From sequence record SRR33789315_68: a stretch of DNA of 62,205 nt. One strand, written 5' to 3'. The first letter of the stretch is position 1, and each line of letters opens with the position of its first letter. Under the pieces are notes generated by a model. That model made no database searches. It was not told the origin of the DNA and saw only the letters and a list, made by a program, of their open reading frames with translations. Positions 1 through 10,275 of the stretch are shown here, in pieces. The translations under genes were made by a program, and so were the position numbers.

Positions 1-30
1 AGAGGATTGGGAGAGGATTGGGAGAGGATT
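1..30. repeat. 11-bp tandem repeat (AGAGGATTGGG)x~2.7, probably truncated by the window edge
   Basis: agaggattggg agaggattggg agaggatt read directly. Confidence 0.8.
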
Positions 31-40
31 TTTGCATAAT

Positions 41-86
41 ATTTCGTCCAGTTTTTAATGAGTTCTGCCCTAAAACCGGACGAAAT
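41..86. repeat. Imperfect 15-bp inverted repeat
   Basis: atttcgtccagtttt (41-55) vs aaaaccggacgaaat (72-86), one mismatch. Confidence 0.6.
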
Positions 87-267
87 TATACCACTAAAAT
101 ACCATTAAATGTATAAATATCAATTAATTAAGTTAAATTCATGGCAGACTAAATAGGATTTATATCTTCTGAAATATCTTCACTTAATTCTAAATAAGTA
201 AACTGCAGGTTTGGAACTGCCTGATAATAAGGTTAGTTCTTTTTCTAAGTAATTAGTGCCTGCAGTA

Positions 268-708
268 TTATTTAGCGGGTGGAAGAATATAAGTGGCAGT
301 AGCCGAAAATCCCGGGTTATCTTGCTGGCCATTATCAATGGTGACAGAAGTAAAAGCCATTGTTTTGCCTACTCTGACAATTTTAGCCCGAGCGAATAAC
401 TTTTCTCCCACTAAGGGTTTCATAAAACTGCAACTGAGGTCTACTGTAGCGGTGGGGCGAAGTTCGCCAAAATTTGCAATTAAACACATCACCATTGAAG
501 TATCTGCAAGTGCTAGAAGTGATTGGCCACAAATAATATCACCAGGTCGGTAGATATCCTTTGTGCCTTCCATGCATATATCAATGCTTTTTTTATTTAA
601 CTGAAAAACACTTAAGTTTAATTGTTTAACCCAAGGTGGAAATATCTCCAGTAAAATAGATTGTGCTGATTGAACATCTAGTTGGCTGTCGGACTCACTT
701 ACTTTCAA
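268..708 (-). CDS. PaaI-family hotdog-fold thioesterase
   Basis: 146 aa; GDIICGQSLLALADTSM and TATVDLSCSFMKP...VRVGKT motifs; GGAG RBS before a TTG start. Confidence 0.85.
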   Translation of the reverse strand: MKVSESDSQLDVQSAQSILLEIFPPWVKQLNLSVFQLNKKSIDICMEGTKDIYRPGDIICGQSLLALADTSMVMCLIANFGELRPTATVDLSCSFMKPLVGEKLFARAKIVRVGKTMAFTSVTIDNGQQDNPGFSATATYILPPAK

Positions 709-757
709 ATTTTGGTTCTCCTTTACGTTTTCATTGCATACTATCGTGTTTGAATTG

Positions 758-798
758 AGCCAACAGACATATTAAACCATTTAATATGTCTGTTGGCT
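758..798. terminator. Long perfect hairpin (18-19 bp stem)
   Basis: agccaacagacatattaa (758-775) / ttaatatgtctgttggct (781-798), T-run follows on the + strand. Confidence 0.55.
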
Positions 799-921
799 TT
801 TATTGATTAACCACCAGATTTAGCGTTAAACATGAAAGCCCGGTTTAAAGTGTTTTTGTACTTTAAATAATCGTTACTCTCACGTTTGATTGTTTGTCGG
901 TGCTCAATATTTCTTTTGCTA

Positions 922-1698
922 CTACTTTACGTATGACATTGAATCGTCCCAAGTCTGGTAAGGTAGTGGAGGGACTGGCTCAAGTGTTTGCACTGTTGAG
1001 GTCGTATAGTTACCAGGTTCATGATTGGGTCTGTCTGCCTTTGGCATGCCGCCGCCAGGAGGCCCTTTAGGTTTTTCTCCGTCTGAAGCTTTAGGCGGAG
1101 CCATCATGTGTGGTACGTCACCTAGCTCAGTCCAAGGTTTGTCATAAGGTGTATTAAAGACAGTACCAACTCTAAAATGCCAAATTTTCCATTGTCCGTC
1201 GACTTGCTTGAAATCGGCGGCGTATTTGGTCCAAGCCCAACTGGCGTTTGCTGAACCGCCTCGTACACGTGAAACAGCACCGGGCGACATCCAAATGGCT
1301 TTGGCTGTTTGTCCATCGCCTGCGACTTCGACTACAGGGCTAACTAGGGTATGGTAATGCATTTCGCCTGGTCGTTCAGCAGGCGGCTTGCCATTTGGAT
1401 CGCCGAATACACGTAAAGCAGCATCAGGGCCTTCAAATATACCCGGTGGGATCTGTATTTTCAGGTCAGGATCACCATTAGCAAATAAATCGCTGGCTTT
1501 GTATTCCATCTCAGCTAGTCGATAAAACACTAGGCGCCCCATCAAATTCTCTACACTATTTCTGGCTTCAGTACGAGATTGGGCAAGGCTTAACTTTGCA
1601 TAATCGTCTGTAGACGACATTTCAGGCTGGCAGCCAGATAATAAGCCAAGTATCACGGCTGATGCAGCAAGCGATAATTTAATATTAAATTTTTTCAT
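922..1698 (-). CDS. SnoaL/NTF2-like domain lipoprotein (paralogue 1)
   Basis: Lipobox LSG-C; HYHTLVSPVVEVAGDGQTAKAIWMSPG; YAADF...WKIWH. Confidence 0.85.
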   Translation of the reverse strand: MKKFNIKLSLAASAVILGLLSGCQPEMSSTDDYAKLSLAQSRTEARNSVENLMGRLVFYRLAEMEYKASDLFANGDPDLKIQIPPGIFEGPDAALRVFGDPNGKPPAERPGEMHYHTLVSPVVEVAGDGQTAKAIWMSPGAVSRVRGGSANASWAWTKYAADFKQVDGQWKIWHFRVGTVFNTPYDKPWTELGDVPHMMAPPKASDGEKPKGPPGGGMPKADRPNHEPGNYTTSTVQTLEPVPPLPYQTWDDSMSYVK

Positions 1699-1733
1699 TG
1701 TGGTTTACCTTCTTTTTAGGATTCCTGAGCGTT

Positions 1734-2513
1734 CTATGGGATGTAAGATAATGAGTTATCCCAGGTTGCATAAGGTTTAGGCGGCGCTGGATCCAGTGTT
1801 TGTTCTGTTGTTGTGCTATAAATTGCAGGGCCTACCTGAGGAAGATCGGGTTTTAAGCTCACAGGGTCTGGCGTGAATACTGGACGGGGTGGGGCATCTT
1901 TGGGTTGTGGAGGGAAACCAATCGTATCAGAGCCCAATGGAATAAGGTAAACCGCATTAATTCTTAAATGCCAAATCTTCCATTCATTGTTTTCTTTTTT
2001 GAAATCAACCGCATATTTAACGGTTAACTCCATACCTGTGCCTTTACCGTCTTTTTCTGATGCTTCAATACCAGGAGATAGCCAGACACCTTTTGCTGTT
2101 TGACCATCACCAGCAACTTCGATGATAGGGGTGTTTAGCGGGTGTAAATGGAGGTGTCCTGCATAGCCTTTGCCCTCGTTCATTTGGTAATAATACTCAA
2201 GCATTCTGTAACCGGCATTTTTACCTACCCAAACACCTCGTGAGGTTTGAGTTTTGGTATCAGGATCTTTGGCAAATAAGTCGATGTATCTTTGATCTCT
2301 GTACATATTGGCAAAATGATAAAGGGCATAACTTCCCATCAAATTTTGAATGTCGTTGTACGCTTGAATACGTGATTGCTGAAGTAGTATTGTTGACGTT
2401 TCAGCTGACACCGGCGTTTTAGCCTGCACTGCAGTGGTGGCCGCAAATAGCGACAGCGAGCACAGCGCCGCTGTAGCGATAATACGTGGCGCTTTGTTAC
2501 TGATAAATTTCAT
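1734..2513 (-). CDS. Secreted SnoaL/NTF2-like domain protein (paralogue 2)
   Basis: Start moved to MKFISNK (GAGG RBS 9 nt upstream); Sec signal ending AVQA; HLHPLNTPIIEVAGDGQTAKGVWLSPG; WKIWH. Confidence 0.85.
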   Translation of the reverse strand: MKFISNKAPRIIATAALCSLSLFAATTAVQAKTPVSAETSTILLQQSRIQAYNDIQNLMGSYALYHFANMYRDQRYIDLFAKDPDTKTQTSRGVWVGKNAGYRMLEYYYQMNEGKGYAGHLHLHPLNTPIIEVAGDGQTAKGVWLSPGIEASEKDGKGTGMELTVKYAVDFKKENNEWKIWHLRINAVYLIPLGSDTIGFPPQPKDAPPRPVFTPDPVSLKPDLPQVGPAIYSTTTEQTLDPAPPKPYATWDNSLSYIP

Positions 2514-2848
2514 TAGCATTTTCCTCATTAAAGTATGTAAATAAAGAATTTTCTTTGAACGATTAAATAAATGGCACGTTATGTAGGACAATACATTATC
2601 TTAATTGCCCGCAATATAAGTTTATTGCTCTACAATGCGGTCATTCTGCAGTGGCATCATTGTTAATGTCAAGTAATGAAGTTGTTAATTTCTTCTCGGC
2701 GTTAAATTATTTATGTATAAAACTTATAACTATCTGCTAGGAGAATTAGAACGATTTAAATCATCACAATAAGGTCATTAGTGTGATGATTTAATTCCTA
2801 AATTATCTTAGGTTGCTGGTATTAATTTGTTGTTTATTTTAATTTAAA

Positions 2849-2870
2849 TGCAGGGCAATATTGCCCTGCA
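2849..2870 (-). terminator. Perfect 22-bp palindrome just after the TBDR stop
   Basis: tgcagggcaat|attgccctgca. Confidence 0.55.
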
Positions 2871-2876
2871 GCGTGA

Positions 2877-5060
2877 TTACCAATACCTAGCTTGGAACAC
2901 CAGGCCAAAGGTGCGAGGGTCATATTTGGCTGCATCGGCATCAGTGACCGTTCTTGGAGTAACGGCTGCATCAGAAAAGCCTACTACACTACCAGCGCTC
3001 ATATAATCATTATCTGCCGCGTTGCGGACATATGCTGTTACAGAATAGTTATCATCTTGAGATGTCCAAGTCATTGAAACATTCGCAATGGTTTGTGGGT
3101 CAATTTCATAATATGGCTTAGAACCGTAGGGAATTCCGTCTGGGTGCACATTACCTGACAAGTGGGCTCCTAAATACCTTGCATCCACCTTGAATATCAG
3201 ACTTGAACCGTTTGATAAGTCAACTATATGCTGGTAACTGGCCGCTGCGGTATAGTCTGGTGTATTAGGCACCTCACTGTTACCTACGACAGCAACAAAT
3301 GAGCCGGGTTGATCAACAAACCTTGCATCTAGTTTAGAGAACGAGGCCGTTAGTCTGTCGCTACTGGTTATTTGGTATATGGCATCTAATTCGAGGCCAT
3401 ACATACGGGCAGGGGAGATGAGATAAGCGAATGCAGGATTATCTAAATCGGTGTTGGCTGTTGTTTGAAAACCGTCGTAATCGTAATAGAAAAGTGCAGC
3501 GTTAACTTGCAAGCTGTTATCGAGAAAACGATTTTTACTGCCTAGTTCGTATGCGGTGACAGATTCTACGTCGTAGAATAATGCGATGGGCTGATTGTCT
3601 GCATCGGTAGTGGCTTGCACATCACCAGGTAGGAATCCTGTTGATACCATCACATAGGCTAAGCTATCTTCTGACAGTTCTTTTTCTAAGCGTAGCTTGT
3701 ATGTCACATTATTGAATGTTGAAGTGCCTTCATCCCCAGCCAAAGAAACCGTTGAGTAAACGTTGGGATTAGGTGTAAAACCAAATGGGTCGCTACCAGA
3801 GGTATATTCTAATTCACTTGCTACTTTTGTGTAGTTATAGCGTAAACCCGCAGTCAGATTCCACGTCTCATCCAAGGGCAAGGTCATTTCGCCAAACACT
3901 CCCATATCAGTGGTTTCTTTTTTACCAACATTTGAAAAAACCATAATACTATCTACAATATTGACGGATGTTTCATATTCAAAGTCGTTATGATAATACA
4001 AAGCACCTATTTGCCAACTCAAACCTGAAGCTTTGTTGGAACCTAAGTGTATTTCATGAGTAATAAAATCATCTGTAGGTATGACTTCTGCCTGTTTAAG
4101 GGTTAAACCAATAGGACCCGCAGTGAGTTCTTCGGCATTTTTATAGCGGCTACGAAAGCCTGGCAAGTAAGTTAAGGTGGCAAAATCCAGATCCCAGTTA
4201 ATTTCTGCCCAATATTGGTCGAATTCATTTTCACCGCTGACAATGACTGTGTCTGACTCAACAATCACACCAGGACTACTTTGAGTCAAATTAATACCGC
4301 CTGAGTGGGTTTTATTACGTTGAAACGCCGCTCCCACTAATACCGAAAAATCTTCGCTGGGTTTGTAAAGCAATTTGACTTTGGCGTCTTTTGATTCCTC
4401 GGCGCCACCCTGAGCAGAAACAAAACCGTCTTGACTGAAATAGTTGGCGGCGACGCGCATCGCTAAGGTGTCAGACAAGGGAGTATTAATAACTAATGTT
4501 CCATGTTGGCGGCTATAGTTACCCGCTTCTAATGTTAAATCGGCAGTAAAATCATCCAACTCGGGATTGTTGGTATAAAACGCGACAACGCCACTGGTGG
4601 CACTGCGTCCATAAAGAGTACCTTGAGGACCACGAAGCACTTCCACTCGACCAACATCATAATTACTACCAACACCACCATAGATGCCGTCTACGTAAAC
4701 TGCAGTTGTAGGTACCGTCACGTTACCTGCAGCGGATTCGTTGGGTACCGCACCACGGATAATAATATTTGCGGCCAGATTATCATTTTGAGGATCGTCG
4801 AAATACATAACATTGGGAATGTCTTCAAGAATTTGCTGTATGGTGTATTTACCTTGCTTCCTTAGTTCATCCCCATTGCGTACTTCGATAGATGCAGCGA
4901 TATCCTGAGAGCTTTGAATTCGTCTTTCAGACGAAACCATGATTACTTCAATTTCATTTTTTTCCTGTTTATCTGTATTTTCACTATCTTGAGCGTGTAC
5001 GTTTTGAGGCAGTCCTGAAACTACAAGAATAACCGTACTGAACAACATTAACTTTTTCAT
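2877..5060 (-). CDS. TonB-dependent receptor 1
   Basis: Start MKKLML with GAGG RBS; signal peptide; TonB box EVIMVSSERR; VEVLRGPQGTLYGR; aromatic C-terminus. Confidence 0.93.
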   Translation of the reverse strand: MKKLMLFSTVILVVSGLPQNVHAQDSENTDKQEKNEIEVIMVSSERRIQSSQDIAASIEVRNGDELRKQGKYTIQQILEDIPNVMYFDDPQNDNLAANIIIRGAVPNESAAGNVTVPTTAVYVDGIYGGVGSNYDVGRVEVLRGPQGTLYGRSATSGVVAFYTNNPELDDFTADLTLEAGNYSRQHGTLVINTPLSDTLAMRVAANYFSQDGFVSAQGGAEESKDAKVKLLYKPSEDFSVLVGAAFQRNKTHSGGINLTQSSPGVIVESDTVIVSGENEFDQYWAEINWDLDFATLTYLPGFRSRYKNAEELTAGPIGLTLKQAEVIPTDDFITHEIHLGSNKASGLSWQIGALYYHNDFEYETSVNIVDSIMVFSNVGKKETTDMGVFGEMTLPLDETWNLTAGLRYNYTKVASELEYTSGSDPFGFTPNPNVYSTVSLAGDEGTSTFNNVTYKLRLEKELSEDSLAYVMVSTGFLPGDVQATTDADNQPIALFYDVESVTAYELGSKNRFLDNSLQVNAALFYYDYDGFQTTANTDLDNPAFAYLISPARMYGLELDAIYQITSSDRLTASFSKLDARFVDQPGSFVAVVGNSEVPNTPDYTAAASYQHIVDLSNGSSLIFKVDARYLGAHLSGNVHPDGIPYGSKPYYEIDPQTIANVSMTWTSQDDNYSVTAYVRNAADNDYMSAGSVVGFSDAAVTPRTVTDADAAKYDPRTFGLVFQARYW

Positions 5061-5136
5061 ACATTTCCTCTGATGTTTATGGTGCATTGATTCTCAAATA
5101 TTTTGGAATTTGTCACTATCTGACTATTTATTGTCC

Positions 5137-5181
5137 ATAATATAAGATCGCAGTCTTAAAATTCAAGTTAAATGTTTAAAT
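5137..5181 (-). promoter_or_regulatory. Putative sigma70 promoter of TBDR1; upstream 20-mer is shared with the TBDR2 promoter
   Basis: Minus strand TTGAAT-N16/18-TATATT/TATTAT; 5162-5181 matches 8601-8620 at 17/20. Confidence 0.4.
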
Positions 5182-5366
5182 AATGTAAATTTAATGTTTA
5201 TTTGGTGAGTATTGCTAAGGTGGGCTATTTATCGCTAAACGTATGGAAATTTGGCACAACCTATCCGTATTGAAAAACAAGGACTTAGCCGTTTTGATTG
5301 ATATATAAGGATCAGTAGCTATTTGCGCTGGGCGATCACTTATAACTACTGATTGATGGAATAAGT

Positions 5367-5394
5367 ACTAAACGCCTTTTAAAAGGCGTTTAGT
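5367..5394 (-). terminator. Perfect 28-bp palindrome after SnoaL paralogue 3
   Basis: actaaacgcctttt|aaaaggcgtttagt. Confidence 0.6.
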
Positions 5395-5404
5395 CTAAGC
5401 GACA

Positions 5405-6247
5405 TTATTTTTTAATAATTTCTGACTGATAGCTATTTTTAGGATTGAACGTTTTGTATGGCTCAGGAGGCGCTGGCTCATACGTTGGTTCACGTGTGAT
5501 GCGGTAGGAATCATAAGATGTTGGGATACCATCTGGCTGAGGCCCATGATTAATACCTCCCCCTTTCACAATTTCCTCAACCGAGGGCATGTTTAACGTT
5601 TGCTGAACCCAATCTTTTTTATAAGGAGCGCCAAAAAACGGGTTTTTCTTCAGATGCCAAATTTTCCAATTCCCGTCTTCTTTAACAAAATCAATGGCGG
5701 TGCGCCACCAAACCCACATAGCCTGAGGAGCAGGATCATCTTCATGGGTTTTACCTATGGCCATTAATGACACCCATACGCCGCGCGCGGTATTACCATC
5801 ATCGGCAACTTCAATGACAGGAGTACCGATTAATTCACTTTCAAACAATCCCGCATGATTACTGCCAAATTTTATATCGGGGAATAAACGTTTCATGCCT
5901 TTTGCATGAGATTCTTCAAAGTGTTTTTCCACCCCAATAAGGGTTTTACGGGCTCCTTCATAGCCTTCAAATACACCACGACCACCTATTTCAATCGTCA
6001 CACCGGGTGTTTTTTGGGCAATAAATTGCATGCGCGCTTCATACATTGCGGCTTCTTGCATATAAGCCATTTTGCTCACAATATTTTGGACAGTACGGAT
6101 ATCTTTTTCGTGTTGTAGCAATGTTGTCATACGGTCAACTTTTGCTTCTAACACCGTGTAATCTTGCGACGAATTTGACTCGGAAGTACAGGCGGGAAGA
6201 CACACTATTCCAGCTATACAGGCAACGCTTAATAATTGTTTAAACAT
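5405..6247 (-). CDS. SnoaL/NTF2-like domain lipoprotein (paralogue 3)
   Basis: Start MFKQLL with AAGGA RBS; lipobox LPA-C; coiled-coil-like N-region; TPVIEVADDGNTARGVW; WKIWH. Confidence 0.85.
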   Translation of the reverse strand: MFKQLLSVACIAGIVCLPACTSESNSSQDYTVLEAKVDRMTTLLQHEKDIRTVQNIVSKMAYMQEAAMYEARMQFIAQKTPGVTIEIGGRGVFEGYEGARKTLIGVEKHFEESHAKGMKRLFPDIKFGSNHAGLFESELIGTPVIEVADDGNTARGVWVSLMAIGKTHEDDPAPQAMWVWWRTAIDFVKEDGNWKIWHLKKNPFFGAPYKKDWVQQTLNMPSVEEIVKGGGINHGPQPDGIPTSYDSYRITREPTYEPAPPEPYKTFNPKNSYQSEIIKK

Positions 6248-6276
6248 GCATATTGTCCTTTGTAAATATTTCAATG

Positions 6277-8436
6277 TTAAAATTGTTTGCTGACACTAAC
6301 ACCGAAAATGCGTGGTGCCTGTAACATAACGCCACTGGTACCACCACCAGAAGCCACAGCAACGTTTTCTATATTTTTAATGTAGGCTGTAATCATTAGA
6401 TCCATATCTGTTTGTTCATAACGAACCGAAAAATCGCTACGGTGGTAGTTAAATTGATAGGTTCCGATTGGCTTAAATCCACTAGGATAATCAGCCAACT
6501 GTGCAGGTGAGACTGCCGCTAGTTGTTCGTGAGTAATATAATAAGAACTTGAATAGCTACTCTCTATACGGGCAGTGAGTAATGAACTCCCTCCCACCTC
6601 AAATACGTGCTCATAGGCCACCCGCGCCGTAAATTTAGGTGCATTGGGCAAAGATTTTCCAGAGTAATCAAACGATCTTTCACCATAAGGATAAACCGCC
6701 GTATAACTGAAAGAACTAAATTCTGATTCGGTAAATGTCATATAACCATCGAAACGATCATTATCAGTTGGCTGAAAAATACTCTCTAATTCCAGACCAT
6801 AGATACGTGCTTTACCAGCATTGACTGTTTGCACAGAAAATAAATTATCTTCAATGACCGGGTATTTAACTTGATAGTTACTGTAATCGTAATAAAAAGC
6901 CGATAAGTTGGCTTGGACATTGTTATCCCAAAAGCGGTTTTTACTGCCTATTTCATAAGCATTTAGATCTTCTGGTTCAAACGTAGCAGAAGGCCCCCCA
7001 ACATTACCATAAGTTTGATAACCTCCTGATTTATAGCCCGTTGAAACAGTGGCATAAAGCAAAGAGGTAGATGATAAATCCATCTCCATACCTAATTTGT
7101 AATCTAATGATTCAAAAGTTCTTGAAGTAGAGGGGGAAGGTTGTATATCGCTAGGATCGCTTAAGCTTGTCCAAACGTCCTCTTTAGACTTTTTATCCGA
7201 GGAATAACGTAAGCCGCCCGTTAAACGCATGTCGTCAGAAACACTCCAAGTTGTTTGACCAAACAGGCCAATTGAAGTCAATGGTTGCCGTTGATCATCC
7301 CAATAGCCTGTACCTCCAATTCCATCAGGAGACACGCGAGTGTATTCATTGTCCAAATATACAGCGCCAATTAACCAGCTTACCGACGTATCATTATCAG
7401 ATGCTATCCGCGCTTCAAGTGCTTTTTGTGTGGTTTCTTCAATTTGATGCACATCATTTGTATCATCATCACGTTTAGTATTAAGGTAAGACGGAATAAC
7501 GGTAATAACCGTATCTGCGACACTCCAATCTAACTGAGCATTGATATTGGTAAATTTGTGATCTATGGAACCGTCAATTAAGGTAGGGTCTGTCCATGGA
7601 TCATTTAAGTCATCACGATCGGTCCCAACATCAGGCAACGCATATGTTGCACTACCGTGACCGTTTTCAGCCAAATGTTCGGCCTTAACAATCAGACGCA
7701 TATCATCATTTGGCTCAAATAATACTTTAATACGACCACCAAATTGGTCAGCATCATTTTGTCCTGTAGGCTCAGCATAGCCATCATGTTTATTAGTAAA
7801 ACCAGCAAAACGTACTGCGGCATTTTCAAAAGGAACGTTGAGCATCGCATCAAAACGTTTAGCGCCATAATTGCCAATATTTAACTTTAGTGAACCAAAG
7901 GTATAGCCAAGGTCTGGGTCATTGGTTAATAAATTCAAACTTCCGGCCGTCGCATTGCGTCCGTACAAGGTACCTTGAGGCCCACGCAAGACTTCCACTC
8001 GTGCGATGTCGAACATGCCAATGGTAATGATGCCAGGGTCAGACTGATATACGCCATCGACATTAAAATTAATTGACGGATCGCCAAAACCAGTATCGTT
8101 GGAACCGATACCTCGAATAAAAACGCCCGCACCGCCAGATGTTTCCTGAATGTTGACATTAGGCATAGATAATATAACTTCATCTAACGAGGTTTTCTCT
8201 CTAGCTTCTAAATCCGCACCACTTTGTGCGGTAATCGCTATAGCTGTTTTCTGGATGGTTTTAATGCGGTGTTCTGCGGTCACCATGATGGTTTCTATGC
8301 CTTCATTTTCCTTGGCTTTTACGGGCCCATTTTGTAGTAAAGTGGCCTGTTCATCCTGTTGTTGTGCTAGAGCATTACCAAAAACACTGATACCAAGTAA
8401 AAAACTTAGGGTGGTTGAATAAACTTTTTTTTGCAT
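6277..8436 (-). CDS. TonB-dependent receptor 2
   Basis: Start MQKKVY; ETIMVTAEHR; VEVLRGPQGTLYGRNATAG; C-terminal F. Confidence 0.93.
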   Translation of the reverse strand: MQKKVYSTTLSFLLGISVFGNALAQQQDEQATLLQNGPVKAKENEGIETIMVTAEHRIKTIQKTAIAITAQSGADLEAREKTSLDEVILSMPNVNIQETSGGAGVFIRGIGSNDTGFGDPSINFNVDGVYQSDPGIITIGMFDIARVEVLRGPQGTLYGRNATAGSLNLLTNDPDLGYTFGSLKLNIGNYGAKRFDAMLNVPFENAAVRFAGFTNKHDGYAEPTGQNDADQFGGRIKVLFEPNDDMRLIVKAEHLAENGHGSATYALPDVGTDRDDLNDPWTDPTLIDGSIDHKFTNINAQLDWSVADTVITVIPSYLNTKRDDDTNDVHQIEETTQKALEARIASDNDTSVSWLIGAVYLDNEYTRVSPDGIGGTGYWDDQRQPLTSIGLFGQTTWSVSDDMRLTGGLRYSSDKKSKEDVWTSLSDPSDIQPSPSTSRTFESLDYKLGMEMDLSSTSLLYATVSTGYKSGGYQTYGNVGGPSATFEPEDLNAYEIGSKNRFWDNNVQANLSAFYYDYSNYQVKYPVIEDNLFSVQTVNAGKARIYGLELESIFQPTDNDRFDGYMTFTESEFSSFSYTAVYPYGERSFDYSGKSLPNAPKFTARVAYEHVFEVGGSSLLTARIESSYSSSYYITHEQLAAVSPAQLADYPSGFKPIGTYQFNYHRSDFSVRYEQTDMDLMITAYIKNIENVAVASGGGTSGVMLQAPRIFGVSVSKQF

Positions 8437-8899
8437 GTCGTCTTTACCTTTAAAATATTTATACTGAATGGCGTAATTCAATACTCAATTGTCTTACATC
8501 GTTAAACTTTGACGAGTTTATGTAAATTGAACTCCGCAGGCCCGCATTGTGGGTCTGTACATTCAATATGTGGACAAAATAACATTAACATACCAATAAC
8601 TTCAAGTTAAAAAGTTAAATACAAAGATTGCATGCCGTTAATTTAATTAACATTGTCAATTGATATTGAGTGATTAATTTACATTTTGTCGCGCGATGGG
8701 AGCATAGTTTGTAAAGAAACGTATTTTATTTTTAATAAATGGGTCGTGAATTTATCCATTTATTAGTCAGACATAGCGAAGAAATTGGTATTCGATTACG
8801 ACTGAAGCATGGATATGTCAAAGTTGATTTAACAATTTGAAAATAAAGTGAGCATAAATTTGTGACTTAGTGCATTTTAAAAAGCGCATTAAACTGATT

Positions 8900-9172
8900 T
8901 GTTTAAAAATGGGTGAACTTACCACGACGGTGCATAAAAAATGAAAGCCAAAGCTATGTCATTGCCGAGACCGAGCAATGCTGTCAAAGCGTTTCATTAT
9001 CGAAATGATAAATGACCAATTCAAGAACATTTCTTTTATCGAACATTCAAGACACCGCAGTATGAATGGATTTATCCTTAATTTAATCGCTGGATTGGTG
9101 GCCTATTGTCCAAAAAATAAGCCATCCTTTGATTTAACCGACGTAGAGCGTATTTCTATGATTATCGCTTAA
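8900..9172 (+). pseudogene. IS982-family transposase remnant (C-terminal fragment, frameshifted)
   Basis: MKAKAMSL at 8941, then in another frame LSKRFIIEMINDQFKNISFIEHSRHRS...NLIAGLVAYC, the typical IS982 C-terminus; 5' boundary approximate. Confidence 0.8.
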
Positions 9173-9188
9173 ACCGATCATGACTTAA

Positions 9189-9992
9189 TTAACGCACACA
9201 AGACATTGAGCTATCCCACGTTGCATAAGGCAGTGGCGGCGCTGGATTCAGTGTTTGTTTGGTTGACGTGGTGTACATGTCTCGGCCTGAGCTAGGTCTG
9301 TTGGGTTGTAAGTGTGGTTCTTTGGGAAGTTTGCTTGGCGCCCACATAGTTTCTAATGGTTTGATCCAGGATTGTTCATACGGCGTTAGAAAAATACCGT
9401 AGGTGCACAGCTGCCAGATCTTCCACTCATTTTCTATTTTCTTAAAAGCCGCGGAATATTTAACCCAAATCCACATACCGTAGGGCTCGGCGTTTTTAGG
9501 GTTACCTGATTCAAGCCCTGGCGATAGCCATACCGCTCGAGCTGTTTGCCCGTCTCCTGCAACTTCAATAACAGGACTTGTTAATGTATGTAGATGCATA
9601 TCACCGCGATAATCAGCCCCTCCGGCGTTCACAGCCATTTTATAGTAGTATGTCAAGACTCTTTCTGCGGCATCTGGACCTTCCCATACACCAGTAGACA
9701 TATCGATCTTCATATCTGGGTCGCCATTGGCAAATAGTCCAACATAATCTTTATCCATGTACATATTCGCAAAATGATAAAAAACATATCTGCCCATAAC
9801 ATTTTCTATTGCATTGACGGCGAGGATGCGTTTTTGTTGAAGTTTTATCTCCTTTAGTTCATCGCTTACCGTTGGACTGATTGCCTGGCTCATTGTGCTA
9901 AGCAAAAGGTTCACTGAGACCAATGCACTCACTGCAACTAACCTCAGTTGTTTTTTGACGTTTTGATGCTTGTATCTTTCACTGCTACTCAT
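9189..9992 (-). CDS. Secreted SnoaL/NTF2-like domain protein (paralogue 4)
   Basis: Signal peptide ending SQA; HLHTLTSPVIEVAGDGQTARAVWLSPG; WKIWQ; PPLPYATWD tail. Confidence 0.85.
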   Translation of the reverse strand: MSSSERYKHQNVKKQLRLVAVSALVSVNLLLSTMSQAISPTVSDELKEIKLQQKRILAVNAIENVMGRYVFYHFANMYMDKDYVGLFANGDPDMKIDMSTGVWEGPDAAERVLTYYYKMAVNAGGADYRGDMHLHTLTSPVIEVAGDGQTARAVWLSPGLESGNPKNAEPYGMWIWVKYSAAFKKIENEWKIWQLCTYGIFLTPYEQSWIKPLETMWAPSKLPKEPHLQPNRPSSGRDMYTTSTKQTLNPAPPLPYATWDSSMSCVR

Positions 9993-10275
9993 CGTTATTT
10001 TCTCTTTTAATTGTTAGTTGAATTTTCACCTTGAGCAATAACTGGTAAGAGAATATTACAGTCATTAGCCGTAGTGATGAATTGTCCGCAATTAAGGATC
10101 ACTGTTTTGCATAGTGGTCGACAGGGTAAGTTAAACAAATTTAAACAAAAAATCAACAATTAAGTAATGAATAATTACATCTGGATACGGGACGTTTTTT
10201 AACAAATTACACGGCATTGTTCGTATTCGACCAATGCCAGCTATTACGTCATTCTGGCGCACGGAATATGTTCTT

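Noticed and set aside
1-30. CRISPR array
   Set aside because: The repeat unit is 11 bp with no spacers, and no cas genes are present.
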